64,000 bases of DNA from Actinomycetota bacterium (lineage in GTDB: Bacteria; Actinomycetota; UBA4738; HRBIN12), in NCBI GenBank assembly GCA_035691205.1, contig DASSJM010000017.1, positions 9,481 through 73,480 on the forward strand, in the 5' to 3' direction. Of this stretch, positions 44,202 through 52,666 are shown one piece after another. The notes beneath the pieces are model-generated. The model ran no database searches. It saw only the letters and a list, made by a program, of their open reading frames with translations, and was not told where the DNA came from. The first letter of the stretch is position 1; each line of letters starts with the position of its first letter. The position numbers and the translations under genes are program-made.

Positions 44202-44831
44202 TCAGAACCAGGTGGACGCCCTGCAGACCTGACCCGTCTGCTGATCGACGGCGTACGCCGCGTACCCTTCGAGCGCGCCCCGCTCCGGGAGGGACCCCTG
44301 AACCGCGAGGACGCCGCCGTCGCTCGCCACCCTGGTGCCTCGGAAGAACACGGAACTATTGGGCCAAGGCGGAGGAAAGGGGATGGTTGGGCTGTGATGG
44401 CGGAGCCGGATGAGCCAGCTATCGCCCACCGGGCTGCGATGGACCTCAAACCGTACCTTGATCCGGCTGTCTACCCTCGTGAGTTCCAGGTGCGATCTGG
44501 CACCGTCGCTGCACGTTCCTACCGACGCCGCGTCCGGCTCTGCTGAAGCAAGAACAGGTGGAGGTCCGGTCACCGCCGGTCCGGTCACCGCCGGTCCGGT
44601 CACCGCCGGTACTGGAGCGGCCGGTGTCTCCGAAGCCCGGATCGCATCGAGTCCCGAGATGCCCGCGAACGCGATCGCTGAGGCCGCGACGGCCGCCATC
44701 AACACCGTGCCTGTCTGCCTGCGTCGGATACGCCGGAACGTGTTCGGCCCGGGTGTCGGGTCGCCCCCGAGCATGTCCTGCGCGTGTCGGTGGAACGTTT
44801 CACGGAGATCGCGATCGAGATCGTTCGTCAT
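44202..44831 (-). CDS. Anti-sigma factor (single TM) with an extracytoplasmic Cys-containing domain paralogous to the secreted protein at 45726-46115
   Basis: ATGA overlap with the ECF sigma stop. TM GTVLMAAVAASAIAFAGISGL. AVTGP x3 linker. C-terminal domain GTCSDG...KVRFEV...GDSWLIRLRHH...TGQVCRAS. Confidence 0.65.
   Translation of the reverse strand: MTNDLDRDLRETFHRHAQDMLGGDPTPGPNTFRRIRRRQTGTVLMAAVAASAIAFAGISGLDAIRASETPAAPVPAVTGPAVTGPAVTGPPPVLASAEPDAASVGTCSDGARSHLELTRVDSRIKVRFEVHRSPVGDSWLIRLRHHSPTIPFPPPWPNSSVFFRGTRVASDGGVLAVQGSLPERGALEGYAAYAVDQQTGQVCRASTWF
44566..44610. repeat. Perfect 3x15-nt tandem repeat (ccggtcaccgccggt) encoding (P)AVTGP x3 in the anti-sigma linker
   Basis: Seen directly in the sequence. 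Confidence 0.85.
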
Positions 44832-45349
44832 CGGTCACCTCCCGCCAGGTGGGCGCGAAGGGTGCTTGTCGCGCGGGTCACGAGTTGGTGGAACGCTCCC
44901 GTCGAGCAGCCGAGGACGGCAGCCGCCTCGCGTTCGGGGAGATCCTCGTAGTAACGGAGCACGATCGCTGCGCGCTGACGAGCCGGAAGGACCGCGAGCG
45001 CGCGCCACAGATCGTCGCGCATCTCGGGTTCACCCTCGAACGTCACGGTCGTGGTTGGCTGACGCTGGATCCAGTCTCGCTCCAACGCGCGACGCCGCAG
45101 CTGCGACGTGAACAGGTTCACCATCGTCCGACGCAGGTACCCCGGGAACGCATCGGGTGTCCGGAGATGCCCGAACCGGCCCGTCACTCGGACGAACGCC
45201 TCCTGCACGAGATCCTCGGCGAGGTCCCGGTTGCCCGTTAGGAAGTAGGCGGTCGTGAGGGCCGAGGGGGCGTTGCGCAGGTAGAGCTCCTCGAGCCGTG
45301 CCTGCCGGCCCGTCGTCTCTTCGGCAACCTGGGTCTCTACCTGATCCAT
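44828..45349 (-). CDS. ECF (group 4) RNA polymerase sigma factor
   Basis: Region 2 LAEDLVQEAFVRVTGRF. Region 4 LPARQRAAIVLRYYEDLPEREAAAVLGCSTGAFHQL. Start at ATG 45349 (MDQVETQ...); an alternative upstream ATG is at 45421. Confidence 0.8.
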   Translation of the reverse strand: MDQVETQVAEETTGRQARLEELYLRNAPSALTTAYFLTGNRDLAEDLVQEAFVRVTGRFGHLRTPDAFPGYLRRTMVNLFTSQLRRRALERDWIQRQPTTTVTFEGEPEMRDDLWRALAVLPARQRAAIVLRYYEDLPEREAAAVLGCSTGAFHQLVTRATSTLRAHLAGGDR

Positions 45350-45513
45350 CACTCGCCTCGCCAACTTAGACGTTGAGCGATGCAGGATGAGTACGCTCGA
45401 CTCCTGACCCTCGAAGGGCACCCCGAATCACCGGCGCGCCGTGCGAAGCCGGCTCCCGGTGCGCCCGATGGCCGCCCACGGCGGACGCGTAGCGGTTGCG
45501 CTTCCGCACGTAG

Positions 45514-45606
45514 CGGAGGCGGACGGGAATCGAACCCGCCTGGGAGCTCTCGCCCCCACACCGGTTTTGAAGACCGGGGGGCCCACCAGGCGCCCTGACG
45601 CCTCCG
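45514..45606 (-). tRNA. selC: tRNA-Sec (selenocysteine, anticodon UCA)
   Basis: Reverse complement GGAGGCGTCAGGGCGCCTGGTGGGCCCCCCGGTCTTCAAAACCGGTGTGGGGGCGAGAGCTCCCAGGCGGGTTCGATTCCCGTCCGCCTCCG. Anticodon stem CCGGT/ACCGG with loop CTTCAAA (anticodon TCA, U33). Long variable arm TGGGGGC-GAGA-GCTCCCA. T-loop GGTTCGATTCC. 93 nt. CCA not encoded. Confidence 0.75.
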
Positions 45607-45725
45607 CGCCGAGGATACCGGGCGCCCGTCATCTCCCTGCGCCGGTCTTGACCCTCACCCGGGGCCCTCTTGACCTGCCCTTTATCCCGGCCCGCCTAGG
45701 GTGAGCTGAGTCGAGCAAGGAGGGC

Positions 45726-46115
45726 GTGATGAGGAAGATGGCAGGGATCGTGCTGGCGGGGGCGCTGGCCTTCGCGATGATCGGCGGGAACGGGGTCGCC
45801 CTGGCCGGGGACAACGACGTGATCCGGGAGGGCTCCTGCTCGGGATCGGCCGACTGGAAGCTGAAGCTCTCGCCGGAGGACGGCGGCCTCGAGGTGGAGT
45901 ACGAGGTCGACCAGAACGTCACGGGCGACCGGTGGCGGGTCAAGATCCGTCACGACGGGGACCTGGTCTTCAACGGCGTCCGGACGACCCGTGGGGCGAG
46001 CGGATCGTTCGAGGTCCGGATCGTCGAGCCCGACAACAGCGGCAACGACGCGTTCCGGGCGCGTGCCCGCAACCTGTCCACCGGCGAGGTCTGCGTCGGC
46101 AGCGCCTCGTTCTGA
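45726..46115 (+). CDS. Small secreted protein (129 aa) with a Cys pair, paralogous to the anti-sigma factor sensor domain
   Basis: Signal peptide MMRKMAGIVLAGALAFAMIGGNGVALAG. GSCSGS...EVEYEV...GDRWRVKIRHDG...TGEVCVGS. Strong SD aaggaggg. Confidence 0.7.
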   Translation: MMRKMAGIVLAGALAFAMIGGNGVALAGDNDVIREGSCSGSADWKLKLSPEDGGLEVEYEVDQNVTGDRWRVKIRHDGDLVFNGVRTTRGASGSFEVRIVEPDNSGNDAFRARARNLSTGEVCVGSASF

Positions 46116-46241
46116 GTAGGAACGGCTTCGCGAACGGCCCGCCGGGTTCGGCCCGGCGGGCCTTCGTCCGTCCGATCCCGTCGGGCGGGAACGCCGAACA
46201 GCCGGGCGTTCGTTCCCCGGCGCCTGTCGCAGGTCGTCGCG

Positions 46242-46445
46242 TCAGGCGGCCTTGCGGAACTCGGCCGGGTGCTCGATGTGGATCTCCGGCGGGGCAACGG
46301 CCTTCCTCGCCCGGTACGAGCTCCACATCACCAGCGCGCCGAAGGCGGCCAGCGCGAGCAGGCCGATGAGCCCCCTCCAGAAGATCGCCTCGGTCCCCGC
46401 CGGAGGTGCGTATTCGGTGGGCCAAGCGACACCGATCATCTCCAT
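46242..46445 (-). CDS. Small single-TM hypothetical protein
   Basis: MEMIGVAWPTEYAPPAGTEAIFWRGLIGLLALAAFGALVMWSSYRARK. ggaggg SD. The start may be the second ATG (46439). Confidence 0.35.
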   Translation of the reverse strand: MEMIGVAWPTEYAPPAGTEAIFWRGLIGLLALAAFGALVMWSSYRARKAVAPPEIHIEHPAEFRKAA

Positions 46446-46574
46446 CCCTCCGTAGCCATCCTCGGCCAGGTGGTGCGTCCGGGCATGGTCCGGGAGTCCC
46501 GGGTTCCTGGGGACCCAGGCACGGCCCTCCGCCTACCGGGGGTCGTCGGCGGGCGGGGCTACCATGTTCGGGCG

Positions 46575-47384
46575 ATGGAGGGCGCCTTCTTCGACCTCGA
46601 CAAGACGATCATCTCCAAGTCGTCCTCGCTCGCGCTCTCACGGCCGATGTACCGGGCCGGGATGGTCACGCGGGGGCAGCTCGTGCGGAGCGCCTACGCG
46701 CAGCTCGTGTACGCGCTCGTCGGCGCGGACGAGAAGAAGATGGACCGCCTGAAGGAGGGGATGCTCGAGCTCACGAAGGGCTGGGATCGAGCCGAGGTCG
46801 AGACGCTCGTGCGCGACGTGATCATCGACGTGATCGATCCGTACGTGTACCAGGAGGCGCTCGACCTGATGGAGCAGCACCGCTCGGAGGGTCGCCTCGT
46901 GTACATCGTGTCGTCCTCGCCCGAGGAGGTGGTGCGACCGGTCGCGAGGCACCTGGGCGTGGCCGGGGTGCTCGCCACCCGCGCCAAGATCGAAGACGGC
47001 AAGTACACGGGGGAGCTGGAGTTCTACTGCGCCGGCGAGGGCAAGGCCGAGGCGCTCCGCGAGCTGGCCGAGCGCATGAGCATCGACCTCGAGGTCTCGT
47101 ACGCCTACTCGGACTCGATCGCGGACCTGCCGATGCTGGAGGCGGTGGGCCATCCGGTGGCGGTCAACCCCGACCGCGACCTGCGTAAGCAGGCCGAGGA
47201 GCGCGAGTGGGACGTGCTCGATTTCCGAAAGCCGGTCCGACTGCGCACCAGGATCGTCCAGACCGCGGCGCAGCCCAAGACGCAGGTGACGGCGGGGGTG
47301 ATCGCCGCGGTCGCGGCGGCCGCGATCCTGGGCTGGCTCGTCGTGCGTTCGCGGGTGGCTCGCCGGACCACCCAGGCCGCCTGA
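46575..47384 (+). CDS. HAD-IB family hydrolase (SerB-like fold) with a C-terminal TM helix
   Basis: FFDLDKTI (DxDxT). YIVSSSPEEVV. SDSIADLPMLEAVGHPVAVNPD. Start at internal ATG 46575. Confidence 0.8.
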   Translation: MEGAFFDLDKTIISKSSSLALSRPMYRAGMVTRGQLVRSAYAQLVYALVGADEKKMDRLKEGMLELTKGWDRAEVETLVRDVIIDVIDPYVYQEALDLMEQHRSEGRLVYIVSSSPEEVVRPVARHLGVAGVLATRAKIEDGKYTGELEFYCAGEGKAEALRELAERMSIDLEVSYAYSDSIADLPMLEAVGHPVAVNPDRDLRKQAEEREWDVLDFRKPVRLRTRIVQTAAQPKTQVTAGVIAAVAAAAILGWLVVRSRVARRTTQAA

Positions 47385-47605
47385 ACCGACGGCCGACGAC
47401 GTGACTGAGGGATTCGCGCGACCCGTCCGCCGGACGTACGATGTCGGTGTCGCCTTCGGGCGACCGCGAAGGGAGCAGAAACCCACGCGCGTCTTGCCGC
47501 GGGAGGCAAGCTCGGGGGTCGACGGCTCGTCCGTCGAACACCGAGTGTGTGCAGACAGCGCATGATCGCTGCTCCCTTCGCGCTCGTCCGGGGAGCGTGA
47601 TCGCG

Positions 47606-47854
47606 TCAGCCGGAGCGGGCGGAGGGGTGCTCGAGGCGCTCGGCCAGGCGCTCGGCGCGCTCGGCGGCCTCGTCCTCGAGGCCGGCGGTGACGGCGCCCG
47701 TGATGGATAGGAGCTCGGTCTCGACCCTTCCCCCCAGGCGCCCGGAGCCGCGCTTCAGCAGCGCGTCGAGCCGCGCGATCGCGCGCTCCAGGCGCGTCTC
47801 CGGATCCCGGTCGTGGCGCTGCCGCCACTCCTGGAGGTCGACGACGTCTCCCAT
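47606..47854 (-). CDS. Small hypothetical helical protein (82 aa)
   Basis: MGDVVDLQEWRQRHDRDPETRLERAIARLDALLKRGSG... No convincing SD. The rest of the ORF-track entry 47606-48547 is a shadow. Confidence 0.3.
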   Translation of the reverse strand: MGDVVDLQEWRQRHDRDPETRLERAIARLDALLKRGSGRLGGRVETELLSITGAVTAGLEDEAAERAERLAERLEHPSARSG

Positions 47855-47925
47855 ACCCCGGATGGTAGACCCGGGGTCTGACACTCCCGCGGAGGCTGGA
47901 GGATCTTCTGTTGTTGGCCTCGGGA

Positions 47926-48702
47926 TCAGGCCGGGGACAGCCCGTATCCCGCGAGGAAGTCCAGCACCGAGGCTAGGTCCGTCCGCTGGGTCATGTCGTT
48001 CGACCGGCAGTTGACGTCGCCCCAGCTCGTCACCGACACGAGCGTCAAGGTGTCCTGCCAGAAGTGTGGACCACCTGAGTCGCCCCCACAGGTGCCGCCG
48101 TCGGCGACGTTCGGGTTCTGCTGAACGTGCAGGTTGTTCTGGGTCAGGCCTCCATAGGGCGACGAGGTGGAGCGGCGGATCAGGTCGAAGACGAGGTTCG
48201 GCGGCGGCCACGTGTCGTGCCCCCCGTAGCCGACCGCGACGAAGACGTCGTCGTCGATCTCGCCGGCGTCCTTCAGGTCGCTCAGGAACCCCTCGGCCGG
48301 GAGCACCGGGTACTCCTTGAGCTTGACGCTCTTGTCCAGGACCACGACGGCCACGTCGTTGTCCAGCGTGTTGGGGTTGTAAGCGGGGTGGGTGACCGGC
48401 GTGCCGGTCTTCCCCTTCTTCGGGTCGTTCCGGAAGTCGTCGGTGACCTCGACGTCGAAGTAGACGCGGGCCGCGGACGTCCCGTACGTGCAGTGGCTGG
48501 CCGTCAACACCACGGTCTCGGACATCAGCGTGCCGGAGCAGCGCCACATGTAGGAACCGTCCTCGTCGTAGAAGGCAAGCATCCCGACGAACGGGTACTG
48601 GTTGTCCCAGTCCTCCACCGACTCACCCGTGATCGCGCTCGCCGAGGTCGGTACGAGCGCGAACAGGAGCGAGGACGCGAGGAGCGCGAGGAGCTTCCGC
48701 AT
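47926..48702 (-). CDS. Secreted trypsin-like serine protease (S1 family)
   Basis: Signal peptide MRKLLALLASSLLFALVPTSASA. TASHC (His). DNDVAVV (Asp). GDSGGP (Ser). Confidence 0.9.
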   Translation of the reverse strand: MRKLLALLASSLLFALVPTSASAITGESVEDWDNQYPFVGMLAFYDEDGSYMWRCSGTLMSETVVLTASHCTYGTSAARVYFDVEVTDDFRNDPKKGKTGTPVTHPAYNPNTLDNDVAVVVLDKSVKLKEYPVLPAEGFLSDLKDAGEIDDDVFVAVGYGGHDTWPPPNLVFDLIRRSTSSPYGGLTQNNLHVQQNPNVADGGTCGGDSGGPHFWQDTLTLVSVTSWGDVNCRSNDMTQRTDLASVLDFLAGYGLSPA

Positions 48703-48919
48703 GGGTCCCTCCTTCTGGGCGGTATCCCCAGCCTATCGAGCGTTGGCTGGGACGGACAAGGCAACGCCTCGGCGCGCCGGCCCAGGGTGCCGGCATGCTC
48801 GGGCGTTCCTGACGGCTCGGTCTTGGGTGTCAGGTTGCGTGCCTGCTCCCGGCTTCGTACGCTGCGGCCAGGCTCTGGTCCGAGGCCGAGCAGCGGACGT
48901 GAGAACGGGAGGGTCGCCC

Positions 48920-49309
48920 ATGTCCGAGCCGATCGTGGCGATCGACACGTCGGAGATCCGCGAGGGACGCCTGGAGGAGCTCAAGGCCGCGGTGCACGAG
49001 CTGGTCGAGTTCGTGGATGCGAACGAGCCGCGGCCGATCGCCTACAACGTCTATCTCGACGAGCGGGAACGGCGGATGACGGTGGTCCAGGTGCACCCGG
49101 ACTCCGCGTCGATGGAGCTGCACCTGAAGGTCGCCGGCCCGGCTTTCCCGCGGTTCACCGACCTCATCGAACTCCGGACGATGGACCTCTACGGCGGGCC
49201 GAGCGAGGAGTTGCTGCAGCTCGTGCGGAACAAGGCGCAGCTGCTAGGGAACGTGAGGGTCGTCCTCCATGAGCGGCACGCCGGCTTCGTCCGATCCGGC
49301 ACGGCCTGA
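48920..49309 (+). CDS. Hypothetical small cytoplasmic protein (129 aa)
   Basis: Start ATG 48920 after gggaggg. MSEPIVAIDTSEIREGRLEELKAAVHELVEFVDANEPRPIAYNVYLDE... Protein-like composition. Confidence 0.55.
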   Translation: MSEPIVAIDTSEIREGRLEELKAAVHELVEFVDANEPRPIAYNVYLDERERRMTVVQVHPDSASMELHLKVAGPAFPRFTDLIELRTMDLYGGPSEELLQLVRNKAQLLGNVRVVLHERHAGFVRSGTA

Positions 49310-49485
49310 ACCCTCGTCGCCGACGGACGACATCCCCCGACAAGAACGGCGAATCGGTCGCCTTGGTGATTCACGCCGCCGGCTCCGGCGACTAGTGTTC
49401 GCGCACGCGGTTCGCCGCGACTCCCCGAAGTCCTCTCCCTCGCTTCCCCGTGGTGTCGGTGCTTCCCCTCGGACGTGGAGCAGGG

Positions 49486-50559
49486 ATGGAGGAGGTCGCG
49501 CGGATCGTGCTGGCGCTCGAGGCACCGGACGTCGTCGAGGAGGTCATGCACTTCCTCGACCGCACCGGCCGGGCCCGCGTCGTCGGCACCGCGGTCGACG
49601 GGTCGCAGCTCGCGGACGCGGTCCGGCAGCTCGAGCCCGACGCGGTGGTCGCCTCGCCGGCGCTCGTTGGCTCGCGTGAGGCGCTGAACGGGAGCGCGCT
49701 CCTCGCCCTGGACACCTCGCAGTCGGTCGGCTCGCTCCGCCGTGCCATCCGGGCCGGAGCCAGCGGCTTCTACCTGTGGCCCGCCGAGCGCGAGGAGCTC
49801 GCGCTCGCCGCGGCGCGCGTGCGGCCTCAGTCGGAGCAGGCTGCCGGCGAGCGCGCCCCGGTGCTCGCGGTCTACGCGCCCCGAGGGGGTGCCGGTGCGA
49901 CCTTCATCGCGACGCATCTCGCCGCCGCGTACGCGCGACGCGAGACGCGGTGCGTCCTCGTGGACCTCGACGTCGTGTTCGCCGACGCGTCGGCCGCCGT
50001 CGGGATCCGGGACGACGAGGAGGTTCGAACGGTCGCCGACCTGCGAGCCCTGGCCGACGAGGTCGCGCCGCGCCACGTCGAGGAGATCGCGTGGCGTCAT
50101 CCCGTCGGGTTCGACGTCCTCCTCGCGCCGGGCACGAACGATGGTCGGGTCAGCGGCGACGACTACCGGCGCGCGATCGGCGCCGCCCGGCGAACGTGCG
50201 ACGTGGTGGTGCTCCACGTGCCGCGGGCGCTCGACGAGGTCGCGAGGGCGGGGCTCGAGATCGCGGACCTGGTGCTGATGGTGCTCGGCCTCGACGTGCT
50301 GTCGTTCCGCGACGCCAAGCGAGCGATCGAGGCCGCCGGGCTCGACGGACGTTGCGCGTTCGTCGTCGATCGCACGGCGCGTTCGGAGATCACCCCCGGC
50401 GACGTGAAACGCGTGTTCGGGCAGGAGCCGCTCGCGGTGATCCCATCGGACCACGGCGTTCGGGCGGCGCAGGACCGAGGCGAGCTGCTCCCCGCGCGCG
50501 GTCGGGTCGGGCGAGCCGTGGATCGGCTGGCTCGAACCGCGATCGAGGTGGCGAGGTGA
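49486..50559 (+). CDS. Flp pilus assembly protein CpaE/TadZ-like (receiver-like N-domain plus MinD/ParA-type ATPase)
   Basis: VLAVYAPRGGAGATFIATHLA (deviant Walker A). Start ATG 49486 (MEEVARIV) after ggagcaggg. Alternative GTG at 49450. Confidence 0.8.
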   Translation: MEEVARIVLALEAPDVVEEVMHFLDRTGRARVVGTAVDGSQLADAVRQLEPDAVVASPALVGSREALNGSALLALDTSQSVGSLRRAIRAGASGFYLWPAEREELALAAARVRPQSEQAAGERAPVLAVYAPRGGAGATFIATHLAAAYARRETRCVLVDLDVVFADASAAVGIRDDEEVRTVADLRALADEVAPRHVEEIAWRHPVGFDVLLAPGTNDGRVSGDDYRRAIGAARRTCDVVVLHVPRALDEVARAGLEIADLVLMVLGLDVLSFRDAKRAIEAAGLDGRCAFVVDRTARSEITPGDVKRVFGQEPLAVIPSDHGVRAAQDRGELLPARGRVGRAVDRLARTAIEVAR

Positions 50560-51839
50560 GCCGCAGGGACGCGCTCGCCGAGGTCCGGCGCGGGCTCCAC
50601 CAGCGCCTGCTCGGCAGGGTCGACGCCCAGGCGCTCGAGGGCGTACCTCGGGCGGAGCGACGGCTCCGCGTCCGCGAGGAGGCGCTCGCGGTGCTCCGCG
50701 AGCAGGGGCACATCCTGCCGCAAGGTGCGCTCGCCAAGGTCGTGAACGAGGTTTCGGATGCGGTCGTCGGGCTGGGACCGATCGAGTTCCTGCTCAAGGA
50801 CCCCGACGTCACCGAGGTGATGGTGAACGGGCCCGACGACGTCTACGTGGAGCGGAAGGGGCGGATCGAGAGGGTGGAGGACCGTCTGTTTGAGGGGGAG
50901 GAGGCGGTCCTCCACGTGATCGAACGTATCGTGGCACCGCTGGGTCTTCGGGTCGACGCAACGTCACCTTGGGTGGACGCGCGACTGCCGGATGGCTCTC
51001 GGGTGCACGCGATCGTCCCGCCCCTTTCGCTCTGCGGTCCCGTGCTCAACGTGCGGACCTTCGCGTCGATCCCCCTCGGGCCGGAGGCGCTGCTCGCCGG
51101 CGGAACCCTCGGGCCGCGGATGCTCGCCTTCCTCGCGGCGTGCGTGCGGGGTCGGGCCAACGTGGTGATCTCGGGCGGGACGAGCTCAGGCAAGACGACG
51201 CTGCTCGGGGTGCTCTCGTCCTTCATCCCGGACGGGGAGCGGCTCATCACGATCGAGGATGCCGCCGAGCTCCGCCTGGGCAAGCCGCACGTGATCGGGC
51301 TCGAGGCCCGGCCGGCGAGCGCCGAGGGGCGTGGCGAGGTGACCGTGCGGGACCTGGTGCGGAACGCGCTCCGGATGCGGCCCGACCGGATCATCGTCGG
51401 CGAGGTCCGCGGAGGAGAGGCGCTCGACATGCTGCAGGCGATGAACACGGGTCACGATGGCTCGCTCTCGACCGCGCATGCGAACTCGGCACGCCACTCG
51501 CTGTGGCGACTGGAGACGATGGCGCTGATGTCGGACGTCGACCTGCCCGTCGCCCATATCCGCGCGCAGGTGGCATCGGCGATCGACGTCGTCGTGCACA
51601 CCGCACGCCTGCGGGATGGCCGTCGCGTGGTGTTCCAGATCGCGAGCGTCGAGGGGCTGGACGACGAAGGGGATCCCCTGGTCACGGAGGTATTCGGGTT
51701 CCGCCCCCGGTTCGGTCGGCACGGTGCGTTCGTGTGCTCGGGCGTGGTGCCTGCGGTGGCCCGACTCCTTCGGGAGCGCGGGGCCGTCCTGGAAGACGAC
51801 GCGTTCGTGCCGGGCATCGACGGGTCGGAGGCAGCGTGA
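50556..51839 (+). CDS. Tad/CpaF secretion ATPase (TadA)
   Basis: Walker A GGTSSGKTT. Walker B/Asp box RIIVGEVRGGEA. His box TGHDGSLSTAHAN. GTGA overlap with cpaE. Confidence 0.9.
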   Translation: MSRRDALAEVRRGLHQRLLGRVDAQALEGVPRAERRLRVREEALAVLREQGHILPQGALAKVVNEVSDAVVGLGPIEFLLKDPDVTEVMVNGPDDVYVERKGRIERVEDRLFEGEEAVLHVIERIVAPLGLRVDATSPWVDARLPDGSRVHAIVPPLSLCGPVLNVRTFASIPLGPEALLAGGTLGPRMLAFLAACVRGRANVVISGGTSSGKTTLLGVLSSFIPDGERLITIEDAAELRLGKPHVIGLEARPASAEGRGEVTVRDLVRNALRMRPDRIIVGEVRGGEALDMLQAMNTGHDGSLSTAHANSARHSLWRLETMALMSDVDLPVAHIRAQVASAIDVVVHTARLRDGRRVVFQIASVEGLDDEGDPLVTEVFGFRPRFGRHGAFVCSGVVPAVARLLRERGAVLEDDAFVPGIDGSEAA

Positions 51840-52666
51840 TCGGGCTCCTTGGCGCCGCCGCACTCTCTGCGTTCGCCTTCGTGTCGCTTGCCTTGGCGCT
51901 CCAGGCCGCGGACCGACGCGGGGTGCTCGAGCGAGCGGGATGGATGCCGGTGGCGAGCGGCGGCTTCCCCCGGGTGCCCGTGAGGGCCGACGCCCTGATC
52001 GTGCCCGCCGTGGTCCTCGCGTGGATCGCAGGTGTGCGGATCGGAGGCGTCGTCCTCGGGCTCGCAGCCGCCGTCGCCGTGGCGGTGGTGCCGTGGCTCG
52101 GGCGGCGGCGCCGCGACGCCGCGCGCGATCGAGCCGCGCAGGAGCAGCTCGCCGAGGGCGTCGGCGTGATCGCCTCGGGCCTCCGCTCGGGGCTGTCCCT
52201 CGCTCGGTCCATCGAGCTCGCCTCCGGGGAGCTCGCACCACCGCTCGGTCCGTCGTTCCGCCGGGCCGCAGATCGGATCGCGCTCGGTGAACCCCTCGAG
52301 GCGGCGATCGACTCATGGGCGGTCGAGGTCGGCGGTCCCGACGTCCGGGTCACGGCCGGCGTCCTGCGGCTCCATCGAAGGACCGGCGGCGGGCTGGCCA
52401 CGGCGCTGGACGGCCTCGCCTCGACCCTTCGAGCCCGCCGGAGCGCCGCCCGGGAGCTCCGGTCGCTCACCGCGCAGGCGCGCCTGTCCGCCACGATCCT
52501 CGGCCTGCTGCCGATCGGGTTCTTCGTCTTCCTGTCGGTCGTCGCGCGCGAGGATCTACGGCTCGCGTTCGGAACACCGGTCGGCTCGGGCGCCGTGATC
52601 CTCGGGTTCACGCTGCAGGCGCTCGCCTATCTGTGGATCCGCCACCTGCTCAGGGTCGAGCCGTGA
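51836..52666 (+). CDS. Type II secretion system F-family protein TadB
   Basis: GTGA-coupled. Polytopic. GspF-like repeats. Confidence 0.8.
   Translation: MIGLLGAAALSAFAFVSLALALQAADRRGVLERAGWMPVASGGFPRVPVRADALIVPAVVLAWIAGVRIGGVVLGLAAAVAVAVVPWLGRRRRDAARDRAAQEQLAEGVGVIASGLRSGLSLARSIELASGELAPPLGPSFRRAADRIALGEPLEAAIDSWAVEVGGPDVRVTAGVLRLHRRTGGGLATALDGLASTLRARRSAARELRSLTAQARLSATILGLLPIGFFVFLSVVAREDLRLAFGTPVGSGAVILGFTLQALAYLWIRHLLRVEP

Noticed and set aside
44118-45513. Segment between the tRNA-Sec repeat copies as an intact integrative element
   Set aside because: There is no integrase, excisionase or other mobility gene. Only an ECF sigma/anti-sigma pair is present, so it is reported as a probable decayed insertion scar rather than a mobile_element feature.
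45602-45725. Promoter for the small secreted protein gene (TTGACC ... TAGGGT upstream of 45726)
   Set aside because: The spacing between the candidate -35 and -10 hexamers is about 21 nt, which is too long for a confident sigma-70 promoter call, so it was not listed as a feature.
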